A DNA stretch of 64,000 nt from a virus (Duplodnaviria > Caudoviricetes). The stretch is taken from the IMG/VR virus record IMGVR_UViG_3300031953_000001. One strand, written 5' to 3'. The position numbers were made by a program, and so were the translations under genes. Of this stretch, positions 1-7,960 are shown one piece after another. Every line of letters begins with the position of its first letter. Position 1 is the stretch's first letter. Below the pieces are notes generated by a model. The model made no database searches, was not told the DNA's origin, and saw only the letters and a program-made list of their open reading frames with translations.

Positions 1-1
1 T

Positions 2-91
2 GAAGATATGGTCGCAACGTTAACCGAAAAACGCATTGCTATGGAAGAAGCAATGACTAAGATAAAACGTAGATACAATGAACCGATTTAA
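2..91 (+). CDS. 3' end of a gene truncated by the window edge
   Basis: Open frame EDMVATLTEKRIAMEEAMTKIKRRYNEPI ends in TAA at 89-91 and is followed by a terminator. Confidence 0.55.
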   Translation, partial: EDMVATLTEKRIAMEEAMTKIKRRYNEPI

Positions 92-115
92 GTAGAGCTA
101 CAAACTTTGCTCCTA

Positions 116-141
116 AGGGGACCTTCGAGTCCCCTCTTTTT
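116..141 (+). terminator. intrinsic terminator
   Basis: AGGGGAC-cttcga-GTCCCCT followed by a T tract. Confidence 0.7.
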
Positions 142-169
142 CCCCGATACCTTTTAAAGAGGATGTATT

Positions 170-997
170 GTGACCAACACACAACCGCCGTTTCGCACGC
201 CGTGGAGTGAATTAAACGACATAGCCACTGGAGACATCGCGTTACAACGCGGAAAAACCGTATTGATTGAAGGTTTGACACACTCATACAAGACTGGGAT
301 GTTATTGGATCTGTATATAGCCCTGTGTACTCTGAACGCCCCTGAAGAAACGTCAAAGAAACCCACCATTTTACTGATCAATGGGGAAACGTCAGCGACC
401 TCTTGGTTGACTCGAATTTACGATACGTTAAAACGTGAAGAGACGGGAGGACAAGTCCCTACCGATACACCTTCGCCGGCCGACATGGTTGACTACGTCA
501 ATACCCGTTTGCAAGTGGGTACCGGGTGGACCGTGAGTATGTTGACGATGCCAACGGGCAAGTGGTCGGCACAAACCTTCTGCGACTATTTGGATGAATA
601 CGCCGCCTCGGGACACGACCTTCAAGCCGTACTCCTGGATGGCATGGAGTCTCTCTCATACGCCGCGATTAAAGACTCAAATCGTCTGGAGGACCTAAAG
701 ATCTTACGCGCACACATGGCCTCCCGCCGCATTCTGTTTGTGGCAACCCGACGGTTGCCGGTAGCGAGTATGGAAGTCCGTCGGTCAGGCGTTGTGGGAG
801 AAGACCTTTTGGACAGAGCGTTCGATATGACTCGACGTACCGGAGGTGAGTATGCGGACGCTGAATTGATGGTGGCCCTTGACCGAGGAAACGAGAAATA
901 CGATATCCTTATCGGGTACGGCAGTCATCGTCACAAAGTAAAACCAACGTATAAACGACTGTCTTTCTACGATGGCCTCCGGGCCATTAAGAAGTAA
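170..997 (+). CDS. DnaB/RecA-fold ATPase, paralog of the helicase C-terminal domain at 52767-54287
   Basis: GLTHSYKTG, KKPTILLINGE, LLDG, RRILFVAT and GSHR are colinear with GLTHCYKSG, KKPTILYFSSE, YFDY, RNILFVTP and GKHR of the helicase; GTG start with GAGGA RBS. Confidence 0.75.
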   Translation: MTNTQPPFRTPWSELNDIATGDIALQRGKTVLIEGLTHSYKTGMLLDLYIALCTLNAPEETSKKPTILLINGETSATSWLTRIYDTLKREETGGQVPTDTPSPADMVDYVNTRLQVGTGWTVSMLTMPTGKWSAQTFCDYLDEYAASGHDLQAVLLDGMESLSYAAIKDSNRLEDLKILRAHMASRRILFVATRRLPVASMEVRRSGVVGEDLLDRAFDMTRRTGGEYADAELMVALDRGNEKYDILIGYGSHRHKVKPTYKRLSFYDGLRAIKK

Positions 998-1012
998 CTG
1001 CTTAGATAGACA

Positions 1013-1052
1013 CGGCATAAAGGGCCCCCACAAAGGAGGCCCTTTATTTTTT
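1013..1052. terminator. bidirectional terminator
   Basis: CGGCATA-AAGGGCC...GGCCCTTTA-TTTTTT between convergent genes. Confidence 0.75.
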
Positions 1053-1067
1053 GTCTTAACCCGACGC

Positions 1068-1754
1068 TTAACCGCCGTAAAAAGACTGCAGCTTTTGCTG
1101 TTGATTGTTGTCAGTGACAAAGCGGTAAACCACTTTCATGTCCACCGACTTGTTGACGTCTTTTGGGTTCTTAACGTCCGCCGTTGCCAGCAGCAGACTG
1201 ATCAGAGTTTCCAAACGCTGACGCTCACCGCGGCTGACGCGCATCCGATCAAACCCACGGAAGATCATGGTTTCAGAGAACACCGTGGTCCGATGTGCAC
1301 GGATCACTCGCGCTAGGAACTTCAAACCGTCTCCAAAGCGGTCATCGGCCAAGTCAAGGACGTTGTTGATCACCCCCCGCAGTTTCAGTTGATTCTTTTG
1401 AAGACCGTTCTCATCGTGAGGAACGTTGGGTTGCATGGCATCTACATACCCCCCAAGCTTGTAACCAATGCTACTCAGCCCTTCAGGGGCACTGGCCATG
1501 TACTCACTGGTGTAATCCGCGTACTCAGAGACTGAGTCTGACTGAGGCGGTTCAACGGCCGGTGCTTCAACAACGGGCGCTTCAACGACTGGATCTTCCA
1601 CAACATCAGCATCTTCGGTGGGAAACGTCTCACTGACATCAAAGTCCGTAAGGGCCTCGTCTTGAGCGACCACGTCTTCAGACGGTTGGGTGTCGTCGGT
1701 CTGTGCTTCGTTCGCTTCGGGTTGGTCTTGGGGTGTGTACTTTTTCTTAGACAT
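1068..1754 (-). CDS. hypothetical protein with acidic low-complexity N-terminus
   Basis: 228 aa ORF downstream of the RNAP subunit, AGGA RBS. Confidence 0.7.
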   Translation of the reverse strand: MSKKKYTPQDQPEANEAQTDDTQPSEDVVAQDEALTDFDVSETFPTEDADVVEDPVVEAPVVEAPAVEPPQSDSVSEYADYTSEYMASAPEGLSSIGYKLGGYVDAMQPNVPHDENGLQKNQLKLRGVINNVLDLADDRFGDGLKFLARVIRAHRTTVFSETMIFRGFDRMRVSRGERQRLETLISLLLATADVKNPKDVNKSVDMKVVYRFVTDNNQQQKLQSFYGG

Positions 1755-1830
1755 TAGGAAATTCTCCTAGCCGGTATCGGTTATATTGAAAGGACACGCG
1801 TGTCCTAAAGCATACTATCTGGTAAAACCT

Positions 1831-3174
1831 TTAGGTGAGCTCGGTCTTGTAGCTGTACTTAGCCGTCTTGAGGGCTTTGCCGTGCATGGAACTCATGAAG
1901 ACGGCCATCATAATAGACCCTATGTTAGACGCCGCTGTCGCCAGTCCTGTGGTGTGTTCGCCGTAACGTCCGCCAATGCACGTAGCGCAGAAGTTTGAGC
2001 GTTCGGTGCGGCAGAACATGGGACTGCGCATAATGACGTCTTTGTTCAGATACCCCCCTACGTTCTCGTCGGTTAATTGGACCAGCTTACCTCCATCGAG
2101 AAGGTAGTTGCCCACAAATTGATCTTGAGTGGGCTTGGTGATCTTTACTGGCATACCGTTCTTACTTTGACAATCGTCCTCAGACACCACGGTGTTCTGC
2201 ATGACCCTTAGGATGAACTTTACAGCTTCACCACCCAACGCGGTCGAGGCACCACGGTCGTACGAGCCTTCGCGCAAACTGGACGCCAACTCCGGTAGGT
2301 TCTCAGCCTTCCACCCTTCAGCCAAAGCCCCTCGAATCAGAGTTCCTTCACCCCCCGCAGAGAAAGACGATTCATACCCCATCATCAAATGCGCTTTCTT
2401 ACGCACCACATCCAAGGATTTGGCTTTGATGTAGAAGTCCATCGACTTATCCCCGGCCAACCACTCGCGGTCGAGCTCGCCTAAGGCGGCGTCTATCTTA
2501 GCGATGGTGGCAGGATCGTGTAGACGGTCCTTGTACTTCTCCAGGAGCTCTTCCCGGACTTTAACGGTGTCAGGGTGGCGGGTCATCGACTTAGCGGTTG
2601 CAGAGGGCACACAGAGCTGTGTGAGACCATCGATCAAAGACGCTGCCTGACGGTACTTAAAGTACTCATCCACGTAGATCTTGCTCGGGTCACGGCCTTG
2701 ACCGTTGTCTGGGAAGTCGTCCATCAAGGACTCAATGTGCTTCTCTACGTCTTTAACACCAAAACGCCCTTCAATGTAATCAATGCGATCGCCAAAGGGA
2801 TGCACACACAGCAACCAATTGGCTAAGACATTGCCATAACTGGTTTCTATCTCTTTCTTCTTAAGGTTGACCATCTCCTCATCGCTGATCGAGATGCGTT
2901 CCTTAAAGGTGTACGGTGGCTTGGGGTCGTTGGGATCGTAGTCGTAATCGGACAACTCGATCATTTCCCCACGGTCGTCAATGAACACCACTCGCGTATT
3001 CTGAGTGACCTGTCGAGTGGCGTCGTTTTGATCCACGTACAAGATGTCCCAAGGTTTCATATCGGCCATGGCATCGATCTTGGGTTGGATGATGCTGAAC
3101 CCGGCCATCAACCAACGTTTGTCTTTAAACCGTCCCTCGGCCATCGCTCGGATAAAGAAATCGCGCTTGTTCAT
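1831..3174 (-). CDS. split multisubunit RNA polymerase beta' C-terminal subunit (virion RNAP, phiKZ gp80-like)
   Basis: beta' Zn-binding signature IMRSPMFC...FCATCIG, VVSEDDC motif, C-terminal MSSMHG; jumbo-phage synteny. Confidence 0.85.
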   Translation of the reverse strand: MNKRDFFIRAMAEGRFKDKRWLMAGFSIIQPKIDAMADMKPWDILYVDQNDATRQVTQNTRVVFIDDRGEMIELSDYDYDPNDPKPPYTFKERISISDEEMVNLKKKEIETSYGNVLANWLLCVHPFGDRIDYIEGRFGVKDVEKHIESLMDDFPDNGQGRDPSKIYVDEYFKYRQAASLIDGLTQLCVPSATAKSMTRHPDTVKVREELLEKYKDRLHDPATIAKIDAALGELDREWLAGDKSMDFYIKAKSLDVVRKKAHLMMGYESSFSAGGEGTLIRGALAEGWKAENLPELASSLREGSYDRGASTALGGEAVKFILRVMQNTVVSEDDCQSKNGMPVKITKPTQDQFVGNYLLDGGKLVQLTDENVGGYLNKDVIMRSPMFCRTERSNFCATCIGGRYGEHTTGLATAASNIGSIMMAVFMSSMHGKALKTAKYSYKTELT

Positions 3175-4049
3175 GACGTCTGTCCTTCGTTCAGGTACCC
3201 GCGCAGCACTTGCAGTACTTGTTGGAGAGTGTGTATGTCGGCCAAACGCGCTTCCAGGCGATCGCTGGCTTTATCCACGGCCACCACCGGCGCTTCACCC
3301 GTTGCAAGAGCGGCGGCCATGTATTCCCGCGCAATCTCGTCGATCGACATGGTCTCATCGTTCAAGGTTTGGTTCAGATAAGTCGCCAAGGAGTACCCAA
3401 GACGACCCCCATCGTGAATCAAGGCGACAAAGTGTTCGGGGTTGTGCCGGTCGATGAAGTCTTTAACGATGGCACGGGTGTGTTCGCCCACCCCGGTTTC
3501 GCCGTCAACCCGTTCTATGTCGACATCGGCGATCTCATCGTCTTCCTCGTCTTCGTCCACATCCACGAACTCCACCATCTGACTGGAGTTGGCTATAAAC
3601 CGCTGGATCAACGATGGTTGAACATAGTCGATTGCCTGTAGGTACCGCTCGGAATCGGTGGCGTGAACCAAAGCCAAGATATCCGCAAAGATCTCTTCTG
3701 GCAGATCGTCTTGATCGCAGATGTCCAAGATGGCCTGTTGATCGCTGTAATCGATGATGTCGTCCATACCCGTGAAGATCGCCACCAAAGTACCCAACTC
3801 ACGGTCCTTGATACCAATGGCGTATTCGGAGATCAAATCCACCAACGATTGTGCGATGGCGTTTTCAGCGTAATCGATCAAATCCACCGTGGTCATATCT
3901 TCCGCCAGGGACAGAAGATTTTCCACCGCCAAATGGTGGGTACGGTGACCCACACCGGTTAAGACGTGGTCAGCGTGTAAGAAGGCGGAGCGCCTGGCTT
4001 CGGGTACCACTTCGTTGATAAAATTCATTAGAATGCTGCTCATGACCAT
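3171..4049 (-). CDS. conserved hypothetical protein (phiKZ gp79-like position)
   Basis: 292 aa ORF with 4-nt ATGA overlap into the RNAP gene; ATGGTATG motif upstream. Confidence 0.65.
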   Translation of the reverse strand: MVMSSILMNFINEVVPEARRSAFLHADHVLTGVGHRTHHLAVENLLSLAEDMTTVDLIDYAENAIAQSLVDLISEYAIGIKDRELGTLVAIFTGMDDIIDYSDQQAILDICDQDDLPEEIFADILALVHATDSERYLQAIDYVQPSLIQRFIANSSQMVEFVDVDEDEEDDEIADVDIERVDGETGVGEHTRAIVKDFIDRHNPEHFVALIHDGGRLGYSLATYLNQTLNDETMSIDEIAREYMAAALATGEAPVVAVDKASDRLEARLADIHTLQQVLQVLRGYLNEGQTS

Positions 4050-4111
4050 CCTCGCTTAAAATCAAAGAGTACACAGAGCCGTTAAGGTATTGAAAGGGTC
4101 TATGCATCAAC

Positions 4112-4119
4112 CATACCAT
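4112..4119 (-). promoter_or_regulatory. putative late promoter core ATGGTATG
   Basis: CATACCAT on + strand, about 60 nt upstream of the minus-strand ORF; recurs at five other intergenic sites. Confidence 0.5.
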
Positions 4120-4170
4120 CGGTTTCATCTGTCGGAACTAACCTATTCTATTTAACGCATTTAACAAGGA

Positions 4171-4626
4171 GTGGCTCTCATGCCCAAAAGCAAACCTCCC
4201 CGCAAGAAGACGTCCCCGGGCGTGTACACCAAACCCAGTAAGAACAGCATCATGAAGGACCTGCGTGAGCTGGACAATGCGTGTGAAGAGATGCTGTCTG
4301 CCACCGCTGAGTTCGCGCCTTACCTAGTCAATCGCGATCTGGTCGAGGCAGGCGATGTTGAGAAGATCGAAAACAACGCCAAGATCCTGACACGGGATAC
4401 GGTTCAGTTGAAAACCGATCTGACCAGCATCCGCCGGGAAGTGCCAACCAAACTGAACCCCGAGAAGACCGACGACGTCATGTTGGGTCTGTCCATCGGC
4501 GAGAAGTACAACAGCTGGCAAGAGAACTACCAGCGGGCCGTGTTGCCCACCGTTCTGCGTTTGAGCGAGTTGTTTAAAGCCGCGGCCGTGCGTTTGAAGG
4601 AAAAGAAGGAAAGCACCGATGAGTGA
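4171..4626 (+). CDS. hypothetical coiled-coil protein
   Basis: 151 aa ORF, AAGGAG upstream, overlaps the next gene by 8 nt; in-frame ATG at 4180 is the likelier start. Confidence 0.7.
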   Translation: MALMPKSKPPRKKTSPGVYTKPSKNSIMKDLRELDNACEEMLSATAEFAPYLVNRDLVEAGDVEKIENNAKILTRDTVQLKTDLTSIRREVPTKLNPEKTDDVMLGLSIGEKYNSWQENYQRAVLPTVLRLSELFKAAAVRLKEKKESTDE

Positions 4627-6133
4627 TCCAACCAAACCCGATGACCAGACATCACCTGAAGGTCAAGTCGAGACTCCAATCCCAGAGGCGGCTGCCGAGC
4701 CAACCGCTCAAACACCGCCTGTGGTTGATCCTAATAAAACGCTGTATGAACAGATACGTCCTATTGTGGCACCCCTGACCGACGAAGACAAAGCCCGTCG
4801 GTTTGACGACGCTATCTTCTTGTTGATGTCCTCTCGGGAAATCGCCACCAAACACTTGGACGATGTGAAACCTGATCAATTGACCGGAGGACGCGCTGAT
4901 CTGCTGCGCTGGCAGCAAAGCATTCGAGCCGTTGACCCACATTACCCGGACACCAACGTGAGTCCCTTTGAACGCCCAGGCGGCCACTGGCGTCAAGCGG
5001 TTGAGAATGAAGGCGATGAGTTGACCGCTGGCCGACCTCGATTGAATCAAACCTCCGGTAAGGTCACCGGCGAATCGGCACTGTTGAGGGTACGTGCGGC
5101 GGTAGGTCTAGGTACCATCACCAACGTGCCTCTGTGGCACTCCGGACTTTGGTTAAAGCTCAAGGCTCCCTCGGAAAGCACCTTACTGGAACTTGAACGT
5201 CGGATCGCCCGAGACAAGACCATTCTGGGAAGATCCACCATGGGCGTGGCTTTCTCCAACGTGTCGGTGTACACCCAATCCAATCTGACGGACATGATCT
5301 TTAACCACGTCTACGATGGGTCGGTGAAAGATCTGTCGGTGAAGGCATTGAAAGAGCAAGTGTTGATTACCGACATTCCTCAGTTGGTCTGGGGTATGGC
5401 GTCCACCATCTGGCCCAACGGCTACCGTTTGGTTCGGCCCTGTGTTAAAGACCCAGCCGTCTGTACGCACACCGACGAAGCACACGTTAACCTGAGTAAG
5501 CTGTCGTGGGTCAACAACCGCATGGTATCTAAGTTCCAACGCAACCTGATGAGCGATCGCGACGGTAAGTTCACCGACGACCATCTCTCGACTTACCGCA
5601 AGGAACACAAAGCCCCGCAAACTCGAATGATCAAAATCAACGACGGTTTAAGCTTAAAGCTTCAGGTACCCACGATCGCGGATTACGAGCACTGCGGTTT
5701 CCGTTGGGTCGATGAGATTGAACGCATGACCGACGAAGCCTTCGGCCAACGTCTGCGTGGGGAAGAGCGCGAGCAGTACATCCTACAGCAAAGCGCCATG
5801 ACCAACCTACGTCGATACAGCCATTGGGTGAAAGAGGTGGTCTTCTCTGAGGACTCGGTCACTGAAGACCGTGAGTCGGTAGACGAGGCGTTAGACAGTC
5901 TCTCTGGAGACGCCCGGGTCAGCAACATGATCATCGAACAGATCGAAGGCTTCATGCGCGACTGTGTGATCAACGCCATTGGCATCCCCAGCTACGATTG
6001 TCCTAAGTGCGGTCAACCGCCCAACGAAGACGACTTACCCCGCCACCTGAATGAGATCATTCAACTGGAGGTCAATGAGATTTTTTTTACCCTACACTAC
6101 ATGAGGGTTTTAGGGATCTTGGAAAGCGACTAG
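4619..6133 (+). CDS. conserved jumbo-phage protein with C-terminal CPKCG knuckle; candidate tail/baseplate assembly chaperone (frameshift parent)
   Basis: 504 aa ORF; YDCPKCG; T8 slippery run near the 3' end. Confidence 0.75.
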   Translation: MSDPTKPDDQTSPEGQVETPIPEAAAEPTAQTPPVVDPNKTLYEQIRPIVAPLTDEDKARRFDDAIFLLMSSREIATKHLDDVKPDQLTGGRADLLRWQQSIRAVDPHYPDTNVSPFERPGGHWRQAVENEGDELTAGRPRLNQTSGKVTGESALLRVRAAVGLGTITNVPLWHSGLWLKLKAPSESTLLELERRIARDKTILGRSTMGVAFSNVSVYTQSNLTDMIFNHVYDGSVKDLSVKALKEQVLITDIPQLVWGMASTIWPNGYRLVRPCVKDPAVCTHTDEAHVNLSKLSWVNNRMVSKFQRNLMSDRDGKFTDDHLSTYRKEHKAPQTRMIKINDGLSLKLQVPTIADYEHCGFRWVDEIERMTDEAFGQRLRGEEREQYILQQSAMTNLRRYSHWVKEVVFSEDSVTEDRESVDEALDSLSGDARVSNMIIEQIEGFMRDCVINAIGIPSYDCPKCGQPPNEDDLPRHLNEIIQLEVNEIFFTLHYMRVLGILESD

Positions 6134-6159
6134 CTGGCCAAGCCAAACCCCATGTAGTG
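6082..6159 (+). promoter_or_regulatory. programmed -1 ribosomal frameshift signal
   Basis: T_TTT_TTT heptamer (6082-6088), 6-nt spacer, 15-bp stem (6095-6110 with 6145-6159, one bulged A); -1 frame is open into the next ORF. Confidence 0.8.
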
Positions 6160-6594
6160 GATCGCGTGTACGGGCTGACGCGGGTGCACAGCAACCCGTT
6201 GTTCGACAAGACGCTTAGGAACACCGGGGTACTCACCTCCGATCAGGCGCAAGTGGTGCGCTCGATGTTGTACGACGTGTCGTTTGACATCCATGACCAT
6301 TACTCACCGGACAGCACTAACCCACTGAACACCGTGGCGGTGCATGAACGGGAGGACTATCGGGAGTTGGATGGGCTCTATCACAGCGTCTGGCGTTACG
6401 ATCAGCAAGACATCAAAGGTCGGTTTGGGCTGTCTGTGGTGGAGTACCTGGAGCTTCCTCGGGACGTCATAGAGACGTTGACCTCGGTGGGTGAACGCGC
6501 CAACAAACGCATGCAAACCATCGAGGCCAACGCCAAACAAGGGGGCGCTAATGACCATCAGTCTGGAAACCCGTGGCGACATCTTCGAAAGTAA
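6088..6594 (+). CDS. -1 frame extension (C-terminal part of a predicted 658 aa fusion with 4619-6088); listed in the ORF track as 6157-6594
   Basis: Frame is open from just after TGA 6076-6078 to TAA 6592-6594; GTG 6157 has no RBS and sits in the stem; FGLSVVEYLELPRDVIE motif. Confidence 0.7.
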   Translation, partial: YPTLHEGFRDLGKRLAGQAKPHVVDRVYGLTRVHSNPLFDKTLRNTGVLTSDQAQVVRSMLYDVSFDIHDHYSPDSTNPLNTVAVHEREDYRELDGLYHSVWRYDQQDIKGRFGLSVVEYLELPRDVIETLTSVGERANKRMQTIEANAKQGGANDHQSGNPWRHLRK

Positions 6595-7000
6595 GGCCAG
6601 CGTCTTACTGTGCCCTGCCAATACGGTGGGGGCCATGGGCAAAGGGTTGGCGCAGGTGTTTCGACACCGCCATCCGGATCTGTATTACCGGTACAAACAA
6701 CAGTGCCGCAAGCGTCGGTTTCACCCCGAGACCTTGATGTTGTTCAGTCCAGCAAAGAGTCCGTATAAGGTTCTGATGGCCCCGACTAAGGTACATTGGA
6801 AAGACCCATCGCCTCCTGAGTTGGTTGAGAAGACCCTTGAGCGCATCGCCTGGTTGGGTGAACAAGGCCGCATCGCCAGTCTGGCCTTGCCCCCTCTGGG
6901 GTGCGGTGAAGGTGGGTTGGACTTTGATCAGGTGCGGAAGTGGATCTACCAGTACTTGGACCCTAACCCAATGGAGGTAGAGATCTGGTTGGGCCCATAA
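6551..7000 (+). CDS. macrodomain ADP-ribosylhydrolase, DarG-like
   Basis: GDIF...PANTVGAMGKGLA..F, PTKVHWK, SLALPPLGCGEGGL; ATG 6551 after GGGGG. Confidence 0.9.
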   Translation: MTISLETRGDIFESKASVLLCPANTVGAMGKGLAQVFRHRHPDLYYRYKQQCRKRRFHPETLMLFSPAKSPYKVLMAPTKVHWKDPSPPELVEKTLERIAWLGEQGRIASLALPPLGCGEGGLDFDQVRKWIYQYLDPNPMEVEIWLGP

Positions 7001-7023
7001 AGATTCAGACTCAACCCTATTTC

Positions 7024-7043
7024 AAACCTACATCATACCCGTG
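7024..7043 (+). promoter_or_regulatory. putative early promoter (variant)
   Basis: AAACCTACATCATACCCGTG resembles AAACCTATATCACACAGGTG; intergenic, upstream of 7086. Confidence 0.4.
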
Positions 7044-7085
7044 AGTTACCCACCACCCACAATCTATTTTTAGGAGCATACCCAC

Positions 7086-7760
7086 ATGCAAGCTACTGTT
7101 TGGGAAAAAGCGGGCAAGACGTTGCTGGCCACCGCCGTGCACGCCGGCATGAACCGCTTGAGCGGCGAACACTACATCCAACTGACCGACGGCATTGAGA
7201 CGTTCGTGATCCACGGCGACGACTTGAATGAAACCGCCAAAGAAATCACCGACAGCCTACGCCCCCACGAATTCACTCACACGCTGTCCATGCAAACCCA
7301 CGGCGGCGACGAACAAGCGACGGTGCAGATGTTGGATCTGATGATGCAGCAGTGTTCGTTCTTGACCGCCAACGGCGCTATTCCGTTTTCAGTCATTACC
7401 GAAGATCAAGTGAACACCGTGCGAGAGAAGTACGAGGACTTAAGCGAAGCGGTGGGTTACTGGAACCGTGGCGTGGCGTTCTTGGACCACGAACCCAACC
7501 GAGACACAGGCGATATGGAGCTGGTGATCCGGTTGGTGTTGCACGGAGTGATCTTTGCCAGTCGTATCCAAACCGACGATGGCACACCGTTGCAGGAGTT
7601 TGAGTTGTCAAGCAATTATCAAGCACGTCCTCGGTTCAACAGCGACGCCATAGAAACCTTAGGCGGCGCCTTAACCGTGGCGTTCGATTTGGTGTACGTC
7701 TCAGAACCGGCCTTTGAAGAAGTTCCTGATGATGAAGCCACTGACCTGAACCTTAACTGA
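7086..7760 (+). CDS. hypothetical protein
   Basis: 224 aa ORF with AGGAG RBS, followed by a terminator. Confidence 0.75.
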   Translation: MQATVWEKAGKTLLATAVHAGMNRLSGEHYIQLTDGIETFVIHGDDLNETAKEITDSLRPHEFTHTLSMQTHGGDEQATVQMLDLMMQQCSFLTANGAIPFSVITEDQVNTVREKYEDLSEAVGYWNRGVAFLDHEPNRDTGDMELVIRLVLHGVIFASRIQTDDGTPLQEFELSSNYQARPRFNSDAIETLGGALTVAFDLVYVSEPAFEEVPDDEATDLNLN

Positions 7761-7768
7761 GGATCAAC

Positions 7769-7799
7769 AAGAGGAGGCCTCAGGCCTCCTCTTATGCCG
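7769..7799 (+). terminator. hairpin terminator with TATGCCG tail
   Basis: AAGAGGAGGCC-tca-GGCCTCCTCTT then ATGCCG. Confidence 0.75.
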
Positions 7800-7960
7800 G
7801 TTTTATTAGAGGACCACCGTAGCTGAGGTTAATGTATTAACACGACTCACGGCGTCCCTGAGTCCAGTGTGAGTATAGATTACGATACAAGTTAAACTCT
7901 TCTTATTTTTTGTCGTGATCCTATGTCAATACCGACATTGCCTCAATGGAAAGTGCATCT

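Noticed and set aside
6157-6594. Independent 145 aa gene starting at GTG 6157
   Set aside because: There is no Shine-Dalgarno and the start lies in a 15-bp stem; it is better explained as a frameshift extension, though not excluded.
7837-7850. TTAACACGACTCAC resembles the T7 promoter (TTAATACGACTCAC)
   Set aside because: It lacks the TATAGG initiation part, is a single copy, and no T7-type RNAP gene is in the window; probably chance within a small GACTCA/TGAGTC hairpin.
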